This document shows positions 1 to 9,338 of a DNA stretch of 43,005 nt, in pieces. The notes under the pieces were generated by a model. The model worked only from the letters and a program-made list of their open reading frames with translations, was not told the DNA's origin and made no database searches. Where the stretch lies: the IMG/VR virus record IMGVR_UViG_3300028072_000005, positions 1 to 43,005 of that record, one strand, 5' to 3'. Origin of the DNA: a virus. Its lineage: Duplodnaviria > Caudoviricetes. Position 1 is the first letter of the stretch. Every line of letters starts with the position of its first letter. The translations under genes and the position numbers were made by a program.

Positions 1-127
1 GGTTTGCAGCAAAGCGAATAACGCCGCCTCGATACGTTCGGGATCGAATTTCGGGAAATTTACGCTCATTGCAGCAACCCGTTAAACTCGGCCGTGAGCT
101 CGGAAATGATTTGCGCTTCCATATCTT
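1..127. repeat. 127-bp terminal direct repeat (copy 1), circular-contig overlap
   Basis: Identical to 42879-43005. The length 127 is a common assembler k-mer, and genes read continuously across the join. Confidence 0.95.
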
Positions 128-641
128 TCAATCCCTGGCGCATGTACGGCCTTTCCTTCAAGCCCGGATGCGTAACCGATCGCGTGATAATAAGCTTTCC
201 GTTGAACATAAACGCTAAAGCCCGCGGCAAACCCTCTACGGAGAGTACGCGCGCTTTATTGCTGATCGCCCATGCACTCGAGTACAAAACCGGTTGAATC
301 TTCCAAGAGTGCGATACTCCGCCCTCTTGTACCGCGGCGTAGTCTACAAACTGGCCGGCTTGCGGGCCGCCTAGTGTTTCTTTCGTAGTGCGCGGGCCGC
401 CGGCTTCGACTTCGCCCACGATCCTTTTGCCCTCGAGCCTGGCCGGGATCGCGCGCACGGTTGCCGCAATGTTAGGAGCTCCATTCGGAAATTGCTTCGG
501 GATCTCTTCGCCGACGATCTTTGATTGAAGCTTGAACATAAGCAGCGTCATGCGTTGCGTTAGCGACTCGAGGATTTGCGGGCCGCGAAGCCGCATTTTC
601 TCGATCGCGGCCGGCGGCGCTATGATCTTTATCCGGAACAT
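66..641 (-). CDS. Putative neck/tail-completion protein (HK97 gp10-like)
   Basis: DYAAVQEGG...HPGLKERPYMRQG motif typical of gp10-like proteins; lies between the head-tail adaptor and the tail terminator. Confidence 0.7.
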   Translation of the reverse strand: MFRIKIIAPPAAIEKMRLRGPQILESLTQRMTLLMFKLQSKIVGEEIPKQFPNGAPNIAATVRAIPARLEGKRIVGEVEAGGPRTTKETLGGPQAGQFVDYAAVQEGGVSHSWKIQPVLYSSAWAISNKARVLSVEGLPRALAFMFNGKLIITRSVTHPGLKERPYMRQGLKDMEAQIISELTAEFNGLLQ

Positions 642-1049
642 TTACCCTCGAGGCGGCCAAGCCCATTGGCCAGGATCCGCGCCTTCAGTTCTTTGCGTAA
701 CCCAAAGCACATCGTTGCCGTCGAGAAATACTTGCCCGCTCACGCCGTCCAATCCTTCGCCGAACTGATCCGGAGACACTTTCGTAACGATCATCGGATA
801 GCATTCGCCGGCGGAAGCCGGGTTGCCGATATGCGCTTGAGTGCCAAGCGGCCAGCGGCCAGCTTCCATTGATAAATGGATCCCGGCAACGGTTGTACGG
901 CGCCGCCCGATCGCTTCGGCATCCTCGACGCTAAGTTTATAGTGGACAATCCGCCCGAGCGTTGCGCGCATGATAACTACCGCCTTTGCTTCGGGCGCCT
1001 TTGCTTCCGGCTCTTTGACTTTTGCTTTTTTTACCGCCGTCGCTTTCAT
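642..1049 (-). CDS. Hypothetical phage protein (xxTLGRIVHY...W.WP type)
   Basis: ATG at 1049 overlaps the upstream stop (ATGA); GRIVHY and GQWAWPPR motifs recur in phage hypothetical proteins. Confidence 0.65.
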   Translation of the reverse strand: MKATAVKKAKVKEPEAKAPEAKAVVIMRATLGRIVHYKLSVEDAEAIGRRRTTVAGIHLSMEAGRWPLGTQAHIGNPASAGECYPMIVTKVSPDQFGEGLDGVSGQVFLDGNDVLWVTQRTEGADPGQWAWPPRG

Positions 1050-1252
1050 CGGTGCACCCAATTTAACCCGTTCATATAGCCTACGAAATTCAGAAACACA
1101 AGGAAGCAAAACAAGAACAAGAACAACCCGAGGATAACTTTCAACGTCGGATCGATTGTCCATCCGAGTTTCATCATGCCCCATTGCGCGACTAATACTA
1201 CGATCACGACGCAAACGACAAAAACGACAAATTGAATTGCGAAACTGATCAT
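1046..1252 (-). CDS. Small 2-TM membrane protein
   Basis: Two hydrophobic helices; GAGG RBS upstream. Confidence 0.65.
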   Translation of the reverse strand: MISFAIQFVVFVVCVVIVVLVAQWGMMKLGWTIDPTLKVILGLFLFLFCFLVFLNFVGYMNGLNWVHR

Positions 1253-1264
1253 TTCAACCTCACT

Positions 1265-1948
1265 TTATGCCACTCGGCGCGCGTAGTACCTAACCGTGCG
1301 CTCGTCCTGGCGATCCATCTCCCAATCGTTATAGAAAGTCGATCCGGCGCCGTTTGCCATTTGTTGCGATCGCTGCCCGATCCAATCCTTCCGCTTGTAA
1401 TTCAGCGATACGATTTTCCGCGCCGCAAACTCGAGATCGAAAGGCGTTCCGTTGAATCCCGCGGTGTAAGCGATCTCGACGTTTTGGATCCCCGCGCAAA
1501 AGCCGCCGCGGCCGCCGGCGCCTCGAGTCTGGAAACGGTAATTTTGGAAAGTCGCAACATTGGCACTTAGGCCGCCGCGGATCGAGATAAATTTCGCGTC
1601 GCCGTTGACAACCCATCCGGAAACGTTGAGCCCGGTAGATTGCGGGATCGGTTGCCCGTTGACGTTAACCGAAGCAACGGAAACGATCGGCCAATTTCTA
1701 ACTTGCTGCGTTTCGGTTCCGCTTCCATCGTAAAACTCATCATACGCAACCGGAACGACGAGCGGCGAGGCGGCCGGGATCGATCCGTCGGCGGGCCCGC
1801 GGCCGGTAATCCGCAAAGCATAGGCGCTAAAGGAAGTGATCGCGTCTTGAATCGTCTGATCGTCTGTAGTGTTCGCGACGGGGATTTGTATCCAATTTTT
1901 TACTTTGGCGAGAGTCGTTAGATCGATCGCGTTTGGCGTAATCGGCAT
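1265..1948 (-). CDS. Head-tail connector/adaptor
   Basis: DLTTLAKVK N-terminus, DEFYDG, and IAYTAGF..PFDL motifs typical of gp6/gp15-like adaptors; downstream of capsid. Confidence 0.75.
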   Translation of the reverse strand: MPITPNAIDLTTLAKVKNWIQIPVANTTDDQTIQDAITSFSAYALRITGRGPADGSIPAASPLVVPVAYDEFYDGSGTETQQVRNWPIVSVASVNVNGQPIPQSTGLNVSGWVVNGDAKFISIRGGLSANVATFQNYRFQTRGAGGRGGFCAGIQNVEIAYTAGFNGTPFDLEFAARKIVSLNYKRKDWIGQRSQQMANGAGSTFYNDWEMDRQDERTVRYYARRVA

Positions 1949-2038
1949 GAAGTAGTGTAGGGCGTAGTAGAACGGTTGCGCCAGTCCTGCCCGCCCTAAG
2001 TTTGCCCCTCTCGGCGTCGAATCCTATCACAATTAATT

Positions 2039-2464
2039 TTATGGTGCGGTGTATCCGGTAATAGTAGCGCCAAAAGCCGTCGCCGCCGACGGCCGAACGC
2101 AAATCGCATTTGCCGCCGTCGGCACAAGCGGAGAAACTAGATCTACCTCGATTACTTGCGGGCTTGTCGTTGTTGCATTTGTTCCCATTTGAAACTTATG
2201 CGTAAGCGCCGTCGTTCCGGTTACGCAATTCGAACCCGTACCAAAAACCACATCTAGCGTTTGGACAGTTGCCGCCTGATTTGAGAGCGCGATATCCGTC
2301 ACATACGCGCGGATCCCGGCGGCCGGCGCGGCAAGGCATTGCGTTGTTACCGTGACGCCTTGAACGAAGCAACTGAATTTTGTTACCGGATTCGAAGATT
2401 GTTGTTGGCCATCCGTGAGCCGCGGAAGGAATACGAGCGCCGCCAGTAAAAGCCATTTCTTCAT
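2039..2464 (-). CDS. Beta-sandwich-like protein with predicted Sec signal peptide
   Basis: MKKWLLLAALVFL signal followed by QQQ; Thr/Ala-rich beta pattern; 4 Cys; ATGA coupling. Confidence 0.7.
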   Translation of the reverse strand: MKKWLLLAALVFLPRLTDGQQQSSNPVTKFSCFVQGVTVTTQCLAAPAAGIRAYVTDIALSNQAATVQTLDVVFGTGSNCVTGTTALTHKFQMGTNATTTSPQVIEVDLVSPLVPTAANAICVRPSAATAFGATITGYTAP

Positions 2465-3129
2465 TGAAGCCCGCTCACCTGTAGATTGATCGCGCTCGAG
2501 GTTCCGGCGATCGCAGTAATGCCGCCGGCCATCGTAACGCCTTCGAGCGGAAATGCAACGTTGGAATTAGGGCCGATCGAGAAATCCGCGGCGCCGCCGA
2601 CCCAAATTATAGGCGTTCCGGTTTTATCTTGGATCCGGAGCGTTACCGAAGAATTCGTTATGTTGTTCGCGTAGAGTTTTGTAAGGCACGTCGTTGTACT
2701 GGTTATGCTGGTTCCCGCGCCCGTCGCTACTCCTACCGTGCTCAATGTAAAGTTTGTAGATTGCGTGCACGGAGAGGCAACCGATCGCACGATCCCTATA
2801 TTTGCGACTCCGGATCCGTTGGCAACTGTCCATGCGCCCGATTGAGTAACGGCGGTTGTAGGCGCGGAGTCGACGGCTACATGCAAATTACTCCCGGTTG
2901 ACTGTACCGCGGTAACATTCCCGGTTACGGCCGTAGTGCTTCCAGTATCGGCAATTACGTGCCCGATCACAGCCGAGCCGGCCGGCAATGATCCGTTGAT
3001 CGTAACCGCCGTGCCGCCCGAAGTTTGTTGCTGCGCTCTTATCCACGGTTGATCTATGAACAAGATCATTAGAGCCGTGCAAAGAATGAAGAGCAAAGAT
3101 CTTCCGAGTTTCGAGTTAAGTTGCGCCAT
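2461..3129 (-). CDS. Beta-rich protein with N-terminal signal/anchor
   Basis: Hydrophobic N-terminal helix, then WIRA-QQQ, then a Thr/Ser/Gly-rich body with a C-terminal beta-sandwich pattern. Confidence 0.7.
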   Translation of the reverse strand: MAQLNSKLGRSLLFILCTALMILFIDQPWIRAQQQTSGGTAVTINGSLPAGSAVIGHVIADTGSTTAVTGNVTAVQSTGSNLHVAVDSAPTTAVTQSGAWTVANGSGVANIGIVRSVASPCTQSTNFTLSTVGVATGAGTSITSTTTCLTKLYANNITNSSVTLRIQDKTGTPIIWVGGAADFSIGPNSNVAFPLEGVTMAGGITAIAGTSSAINLQVSGLQ

Positions 3130-3147
3130 TTTGGAGAGCTCCGTTTT

Positions 3148-3450
3148 TTAGAGAACGAATCGACCGGTGAGAAATCCCGCCCCTGATGCGGGTTTAGCGT
3201 ACAGCAATACATCGCCCTCGAGAAATCGAGGATTCGGGCGGTTGTGCCCATACAGGCAAGTTTCAGAATTACCCGCGGCTAGATTGTCGTGAGAGCCCAT
3301 ATCCTTTGGGGTTGTAGCGATCGTAACATCGCCGCCGCTATCGTTCCGTAGTGACCATGCCGTGCAAGCCATCGGCGCCAGGATAGCAGTCCAATCGCCG
3401 GCGGCGAGATCGATTCTCTTAATCAGATAGGTTGACAAGAGATCCCCCAA
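3148..3450 (-). CDS. Hypothetical small beta protein (possible head decoration)
   Basis: First ORF after the capsid gene; start codon uncertain (TTG). Confidence 0.5.
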   Translation of the reverse strand: MGDLLSTYLIKRIDLAAGDWTAILAPMACTAWSLRNDSGGDVTIATTPKDMGSHDNLAAGNSETCLYGHNRPNPRFLEGDVLLYAKPASGAGFLTGRFVL

Positions 3451-3452
3451 TC

Positions 3453-3484
3453 AAAAACGCCGGATCTGTTTAAGGATCCGGCGT
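3453..3484 (-). terminator. Intrinsic terminator after the major capsid gene
   Basis: Minus strand ACGCCGGATC-loop-GATCCGGCGT followed by TTTT. Confidence 0.8.
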
Positions 3485-3509
3485 CGGAAAACGTTCCATG
3501 TGGAACAAA

Positions 3510-5405
3510 CTAGGCGGATCCGAGGATCCCGCTTCGAACTGTGAGCAAGCCCGGAATATAGTCGCCGTATACCTCATGCGTATACGTGCCAAACGTCCAA
3601 GCCCGAGTCGTGATCGGCCACTCGATCCCGTAGTAATCGCGTTGAACGAAAACGCCGGCAACGCCAGGGATCCGCGAATGCGGATAGGGGTTTTGCGTTT
3701 TCCGGTAGTGAATCGTGCCCGGCGGCAACATCGGGTGAATCCGCAACGGAATTTCTTCCGAGCCGGTTGCCTTCATAGAATATTGCGACTTGTATCCGCT
3801 CACGGAAAAGCCGCCGAGGATGTTGCCCTGCCCATCTCGAGTAACCTCGAAACGATAGGCGGGCACGCCGCTCGTATTCTTGAACAACGCCTGAGAAATC
3901 GAAAGTTTCGCGTCGACGGAGCACCAAATTTCATCGGCTACCGTCTGGAAAGAATTCCATTGATTTTTGAGATCGTACTCGATCTCGGCGACGGCCGGCA
4001 CGGAGCTTGAGGAATTCGTCATGCCCGGAGTAAGTAACCCGGTATTCGTCGCGCCGGTTACGGGGTTGTTGACAGTCAAATCCGACATATTGATGAAAAC
4101 GCCGGAAGTGACGGCCCAAGCGAGCATTCCCGAGAAATCAAGAGCCTGTGCGCTATGATCGGCGCTCAAACCGGTTGCCGTGCCAACGTAACTCGCATTT
4201 GGAGTTGCATTCGCCAGGTAAATAAATGGGACAGTCGTAATTGCTACGAGTTTCGCGTTTGCCAGTGTCGGCGAAGAGGCATCGGTTGTATCAACAAACC
4301 ATGCCCATGCGAAGGCGCCCTTTTTCGGTGCAACGTCGGCGAGCACGTATGGATAACTCGAGGAAGCCGCAACGACGTTTGAGGCGGCACTGATTGCGCC
4401 GGTTCCGCCGTTGATCACATCCGTTGTTCCGTCGGCGTTGGTGCGCGTGAAACTCGGCGTCAAGCCCGCGGCAACCGTAGGCGCCGCTTGATAACCGTAT
4501 TGCGCGTTGTTCGGATTCCCGAGCATCGTAATTTCTACGACGCGCACGGAAACGTTTGTGGATCCGAAACCGGTTCCGCCATCCGTGACCTGGCCCGCGG
4601 GCCCGGAAGGAAGCGCGGTTTTCAGTGCAACCGTTGGAGTGTTCGCGGTTGCAAGCTGGAAACCGTTTGCGCCGGCGGCGTTTCCCTGATTTCCGCCGAT
4701 GAGGATCGATTCCTCTTGAAGCCAAAGTTCATGCGCGCCGCGGATATGCTCATCGGCCACGTTATCCGTGTATCCCTCGCCAGCGAATTCCGCGGTAAAC
4801 GAAACCGATCGCTCGATCCCGAGCTCGGCGTAAGTCGCGATCGCGTTGTTTTCGTTCGGGGTTGCAGTCGCAACGCGCTTGCCTTCCGCGGCGCCGGCGT
4901 AAGAGGTTCCCGGCCCGAGGCTCGTATACTTCCAATTTACCGCCGTGCCATATCCGGCGTTGACTTTGCCCCAACGCGGAAGCGAATTGCGGAAAGGCAC
5001 GTTTACCGGGTAAATCAAAAATGCCGGGCCGCGCAAATCGTAAAAGTTGTAGCCAAGCGAAGTCGTGACGCCGGCTTTCATCATCGTTTCGCGGTAGTCG
5101 GCGACAAGCCCTTTGAGCAATTCGTTTGCGGCGTCGGCTCGCTCGTTGAATTCGTTCTCAATGCTCTTGAGTTGTTGCTGCGAAATAAAACTCTTGTTCA
5201 CTACAAACTCGTTGATACCGTCGCCGGTACGCTTGAGCCCGCCCACTAGGCGCTTGTACTTCCGGATCTCATCTTTGCGCGTGTCCGTCCACGCCTTCAT
5301 AACCTTTGAGGCGATCACGCCTTGCTGCGCGATCTTGGCGTCGCCGAGCGATCCGGTATACGGTTGAAGCTGCCCGCCGCCCTTCATTCCTGCATAATTT
5401 GACAT
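3510..5405 (-). CDS. Major capsid protein (HK97 fold inferred) with internal insertion
   Basis: Follows protease/scaffold, has a strong GGAG RBS and a downstream terminator. PFRNSLPR, IRIHPMLPPGTI-like and RDYYGIEWP motifs resemble a known capsid family. Confidence 0.85.
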   Translation of the reverse strand: MSNYAGMKGGGQLQPYTGSLGDAKIAQQGVIASKVMKAWTDTRKDEIRKYKRLVGGLKRTGDGINEFVVNKSFISQQQLKSIENEFNERADAANELLKGLVADYRETMMKAGVTTSLGYNFYDLRGPAFLIYPVNVPFRNSLPRWGKVNAGYGTAVNWKYTSLGPGTSYAGAAEGKRVATATPNENNAIATYAELGIERSVSFTAEFAGEGYTDNVADEHIRGAHELWLQEESILIGGNQGNAAGANGFQLATANTPTVALKTALPSGPAGQVTDGGTGFGSTNVSVRVVEITMLGNPNNAQYGYQAAPTVAAGLTPSFTRTNADGTTDVINGGTGAISAASNVVAASSSYPYVLADVAPKKGAFAWAWFVDTTDASSPTLANAKLVAITTVPFIYLANATPNASYVGTATGLSADHSAQALDFSGMLAWAVTSGVFINMSDLTVNNPVTGATNTGLLTPGMTNSSSSVPAVAEIEYDLKNQWNSFQTVADEIWCSVDAKLSISQALFKNTSGVPAYRFEVTRDGQGNILGGFSVSGYKSQYSMKATGSEEIPLRIHPMLPPGTIHYRKTQNPYPHSRIPGVAGVFVQRDYYGIEWPITTRAWTFGTYTHEVYGDYIPGLLTVRSGILGSA

Positions 5406-5452
5406 TGTGCAATTCTCCTATCGGATCAAAATTCGGCAACGTCTGAAAATTG

Positions 5453-6724
5453 TTAAACCGGTAGCGGATCCGAGGCGGCTTCCGCTTCGGCTTTCTTTAC
5501 TTCCGTTCCCCGGATTACCGCAAAAACTTTGGCTTTCGAGGCGGCGTCATTAGCCGGAGTTTCGTCGAGCGCCTTTTTGATCGCCTCGGCCGTAGCCTTT
5601 TCGTTTTCGGCCTTTTGATCGGCCAGCATCTTTTCAACTTCCGCCTTCGAGAGCGATCCGCCAGCGTCGGCGGCGGCTTTATCCGCGGCGGCCTTATCCG
5701 CGGCGGCCTTTGCAACGGCTTCGGCATCGGGCGCCGGCGTCAGTTCGGCAAGCAAAGCCTTGAGAGCCTTTTCGGCTTCCTTTTCGTCGGATCCCATAAC
5801 GGCCTTGCAAGCCTTGTCGCACTTGCCCAAGTGCTTTGCGTGCGCTTCGTGCATCGCGGCAAGCGCGCCGTGCGCCTTGTGCATTTCCGCATGGTGCCCC
5901 ATCGCTTTTTCAATGTGCCCATGCAAAGCGGCGAGCCCGCCCTTAGCTTTTTCGAGATCGGCGGCGGGTGCATAAAGCTTCTTAAAATCTTCCTCGGAAA
6001 TTCCGAGAGCGGCCGCGCACTTTTTGATTTGTTCGGGTGTCATGGTATCGCCTTTCGTCGGTTCTATTTGTGCCACTAATCCAGCGGCTAGGGTACGAAG
6101 TTTTTCTAAGTCTGTGCCCAATTCGGCCATAACGGCTTTTGTGATCCGTTTTACGTCGGCGTCTCGATCCGCCTCGTTATGAAGCTTTGCGAGAATTTGT
6201 TTCTCTTTTTCGCCAGGCGTCGCAAACTTTCGGAGCTCCGTGCTTCCGTCGGCTTTCACATACGAGAAAGCGGCATCCGGATTTGCGCCGCGGTCGACGT
6301 AACTAATCTCGCCGATCGTTGGAGCGTAGCGAGTGTACTCGCCTTCCTTGCGCTTCCACTTATAAGAGCCGCCGATCGAGTGCGCGGTAAGAAATCCGCC
6401 CTTTAGCAAGTGCCAAACGTCGTCGTTGGCCGGCTCGCTTCCGACCCAAACTTGCTTTTCGGTGTCTTTGTAATCGATCTTTACAGCTTTGCCGCCGATT
6501 TGAAGTTGATGCATAACGCGCATATTGCCGAGTGACGGATCCTGGCCGGCGGCGAGAGTTTTCGCGAGTTGATCATCCGACCATTTTTGGATTTCCGCGC
6601 GCGCCTCGGAATAATCGCAAATCTCTTTGTCGCTATCCGGAGTTTCGGAAGTGACGAGCCCCCAAACCATATGGGCGCCTTCGTCGACTTTCATAATCGG
6701 GAAGTATTTTAGAAGCGGATCCAC
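5453..6724 (-). CDS. Prohead protease-scaffold fusion
   Basis: N-terminal protease domain (RVMHQ, AHSIGG, EISYVDRGANPDA) followed by an Ala/Lys/Glu coiled-coil. GTG 6724 chosen as start; the ORF extends to 6757. Confidence 0.8.
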   Translation of the reverse strand: MDPLLKYFPIMKVDEGAHMVWGLVTSETPDSDKEICDYSEARAEIQKWSDDQLAKTLAAGQDPSLGNMRVMHQLQIGGKAVKIDYKDTEKQVWVGSEPANDDVWHLLKGGFLTAHSIGGSYKWKRKEGEYTRYAPTIGEISYVDRGANPDAAFSYVKADGSTELRKFATPGEKEKQILAKLHNEADRDADVKRITKAVMAELGTDLEKLRTLAAGLVAQIEPTKGDTMTPEQIKKCAAALGISEEDFKKLYAPAADLEKAKGGLAALHGHIEKAMGHHAEMHKAHGALAAMHEAHAKHLGKCDKACKAVMGSDEKEAEKALKALLAELTPAPDAEAVAKAAADKAAADKAAADAGGSLSKAEVEKMLADQKAENEKATAEAIKKALDETPANDAASKAKVFAVIRGTEVKKAEAEAASDPLPV

Positions 6725-6784
6725 GTTTGCAAGCGTAGCAGAGGAAACCCAAAGCACAAAAGGGTGTGCTTAAAAGTAAAACTC

Positions 6785-9067
6785 TTATTCTTTGAAGTCT
6801 ACGGCTTGAAGGATGCAATAGCAGTTCGGATGCGCCGTCGGCATAATATCGCCGCTCGGGAATTCATTCCCTAAAACGCGCTCGACTCCATGATTTGCAA
6901 TGCAAATCGGGCAGGGATCCGGCCCGACGGCAAGCCATTTGACTTTGTTTACGAGCCCGCTTTCCTTCCATACGTCGAAGTTTGCGCCGACTTGAGCTCG
7001 AGAAACTTCCGTGCGTGCGATCGTAGCCGCCCGGCCATCGCTGAAAATGTCGGCGTTGCGGATATCGTCTACGACTTCCGAAAACGGAGTCTTTTCCTCG
7101 AAGGCATTGCGAACGATTTCCCGCAAGCGATCGCGCGTCGTATCGCTGATTGCCCATTTCGCGTTAGGGTTAGGGACAAGATTACCCTCTTCGTCGTACT
7201 TCATGCCTACGAGCTCGGCCGCGCGCCGGCGCGCATACTTGGAAGCGATCGTATTTACCGAAGAGAGCAATTTGGCGTCGCTTAATTCCATTTGCAGCAT
7301 TGCATCGGAAACGCCGGATAGCGCGGCCATTTCTAGCGATACGCTCGCTTGAACCGGGATCGCCTGAAACTCGCCCTCGATCTCGGCGAAAATATCATCG
7401 GCTTTCTTTTCTGCATCATCCGCCTTCCGCACTTTCAAGAGCCGGCCCGCGGCTTCCGCCGCCTTTTCCTTTTGCCGGCCGAAAACTTTTACGAGAGCAT
7501 TCTCGAGGCGGGCTTGCGCCTGGCGGCTGTGCGGAGTATGCCGGCCAGGATCGATCTTCGGCGATCGCCGCTTGTCGACGGGCCCGCCGCCAGGCGGTGC
7601 CGCGATCGGCGCCGGCTTTGCCTCGGCTAGATCTTTCGCATGCTGTACGGCGTCGCTCAACTCGACCGGTACGGGCCCGGTTGCAACTGTAACCATGAGC
7701 TCTTCGGCACTCCCGCCGCGCGGATCGAGATCTCGATTCTCCCGCGCCTCGTCTCGAGAGATAATTCCGGCGTCAACGTCGCTCTTGTCGGCTTGCGCGC
7801 GCTTAACAACGTCGAGCTCTTTTTGGGCGTCGAAAGTGAGCTCGTAACTTCCAAAGCCCAAACGGAAACCCTTCGCGATAAGCCAATTAACCATTCCCGC
7901 GGCCGACATTGCGAAAGGCATAGTGCCTTCTTCTTCCGCGGCTTCCTGGCCGGCTTGCGCCGATGCCCGGTTCATTGCCTTCATAATCCGTTGAACGGAT
8001 GCGCCGATCCCATAGAAGATCTTGCGGATGTGCATCTCGTCAAAAGGATCGGCGAGTAACTTTTCCTTCGGGAAAATTAGCTGATCGCCTCCGGAGCTCC
8101 CGGCCTTGTCGCGATCGACAAACCCTTGAATCATTTTGATAAAGCCGGAACGCTTGAACGGCTGCCCGCTCATCTCCGAAGTTAAAGCCTTTTGTGCTTC
8201 CTTCAACTGATCGGGGTTGATATTCGGCGGCACGATATGGATCGCGTCAGGGATCGTTCCCGTAATGTAGTAGGCGAGTACAAAATTCAGGCGTTGTTGC
8301 CCGATCTCGATCTCTTGCGCCATTTGCTCGACCGGGCTCATGCCGTACAGGAAACTCGAAACCGTATTCCTCGGAACGATATTTCGCGGCCGGTAAACAA
8401 GTTGATCCATTGTTAGATTGACGAAAGGGATCCCGCCAGTAGTCGACGGCGTTCCGCTCCAAAGTTGTTGATAGGCATCCTCTGGCGGTTGCGGCGTGTA
8501 TCCGTTCTCGTCGACTAGCCTAGTAATAAAAGCGCCGTCGATCACGCGCGCTTGCAAGATCTTGCCGCTTCGCGCGCGACGCAAAAGAACCGACGGAGCG
8601 TCGATCGTATACACATCCTCGAGCCAAGCGCGAACCCAAGTCGCCCAATCGTGCTCGCCATCCGGGCAGTCAAAGAAATCATTGAGCATCTTGAGCGTTG
8701 CATCGCCGCGGCTTCGCTTGTCTACATCGGCATTTTTCTCGCCCGGTTGTTTCTTGGCGCGGATTTGCCGCGGTAGATTCGCGATCACGTCTTTGCAATT
8801 CTCGATCGCCGTTCTAACTAGGGGATAAGTTGCGAGCCTTCGAAGATCTTGCGCCGTCAACTCCGCATCGGGCCGCGGAGTAAAAACCATGTTTTGATTG
8901 ACCCAATATTGCCAGCCGCGCGGCTCCGTGCCGGCCGGCATGATCGGAGCAACCTCGACGCCTGGCCCGAAGTAACTCGAGGCATCCGAGGCGGAATACG
9001 GCTTTTGACGTTGAACAAGTCGCGTGAATCCGGAGATTTGTCTCGAGAGTAGGGAGTTAGGCGCCAC
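6785..9067 (-). CDS. Portal protein fused to C-terminal MuF/SPP1 gp7-like head morphogenesis domain
   Basis: Portal motifs YGMSPVEQ and GIISRDEARE; C-terminal RAATIARTE...CPIC...HPNCYC. Confidence 0.88.
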   Translation of the reverse strand: MAPNSLLSRQISGFTRLVQRQKPYSASDASSYFGPGVEVAPIMPAGTEPRGWQYWVNQNMVFTPRPDAELTAQDLRRLATYPLVRTAIENCKDVIANLPRQIRAKKQPGEKNADVDKRSRGDATLKMLNDFFDCPDGEHDWATWVRAWLEDVYTIDAPSVLLRRARSGKILQARVIDGAFITRLVDENGYTPQPPEDAYQQLWSGTPSTTGGIPFVNLTMDQLVYRPRNIVPRNTVSSFLYGMSPVEQMAQEIEIGQQRLNFVLAYYITGTIPDAIHIVPPNINPDQLKEAQKALTSEMSGQPFKRSGFIKMIQGFVDRDKAGSSGGDQLIFPKEKLLADPFDEMHIRKIFYGIGASVQRIMKAMNRASAQAGQEAAEEEGTMPFAMSAAGMVNWLIAKGFRLGFGSYELTFDAQKELDVVKRAQADKSDVDAGIISRDEARENRDLDPRGGSAEELMVTVATGPVPVELSDAVQHAKDLAEAKPAPIAAPPGGGPVDKRRSPKIDPGRHTPHSRQAQARLENALVKVFGRQKEKAAEAAGRLLKVRKADDAEKKADDIFAEIEGEFQAIPVQASVSLEMAALSGVSDAMLQMELSDAKLLSSVNTIASKYARRRAAELVGMKYDEEGNLVPNPNAKWAISDTTRDRLREIVRNAFEEKTPFSEVVDDIRNADIFSDGRAATIARTEVSRAQVGANFDVWKESGLVNKVKWLAVGPDPCPICIANHGVERVLGNEFPSGDIMPTAHPNCYCILQAVDFKE

Positions 9068-9092
9068 GGCTTAGAGTTTTATACGAAGCTTC

Positions 9093-9338
9093 CTATTTGA
9101 ACAAGTCAGGAGCAACAACCGGTTGCGTTAGTGTGCAACCGCACGTTATGCATGTGCGGCCGACTTTCTTCTCTTTCGGATCATAGGCTAACTTGCATCC
9201 GAGGTTTCCGCACGCCGGGCACGGAGAGTTGAGCGGGATAATCGGGCCGGCCGGCTTTAGTGTCGAAAGGATATAAAAGAACTGGCCGCAATTCAGAACA
9301 AACAAAAACGCCGCAAAGATCCAAAGGATCATCGTCAT
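9093..9338 (-). CDS. Small membrane-anchored Zn-ribbon protein
   Basis: N-terminal TM helix, CPAC...CITC; ATGA overlap with the TerL stop. Confidence 0.7.
   Translation of the reverse strand: MTMILWIFAAFLFVLNCGQFFYILSTLKPAGPIIPLNSPCPACGNLGCKLAYDPKEKKVGRTCITCGCTLTQPVVAPDLFK

Noticed and set aside
4488-5249. Long plus-strand ORFs antisense to structural genes (also 9683-10399, 20813-21466, 18030-18557)
   Set aside because: They shadow well-supported genes and have no motifs or RBS; this is expected in GC-rich DNA.
5665-5715. ADKAA tandem repeats
   Set aside because: An ordinary low-complexity scaffold linker.
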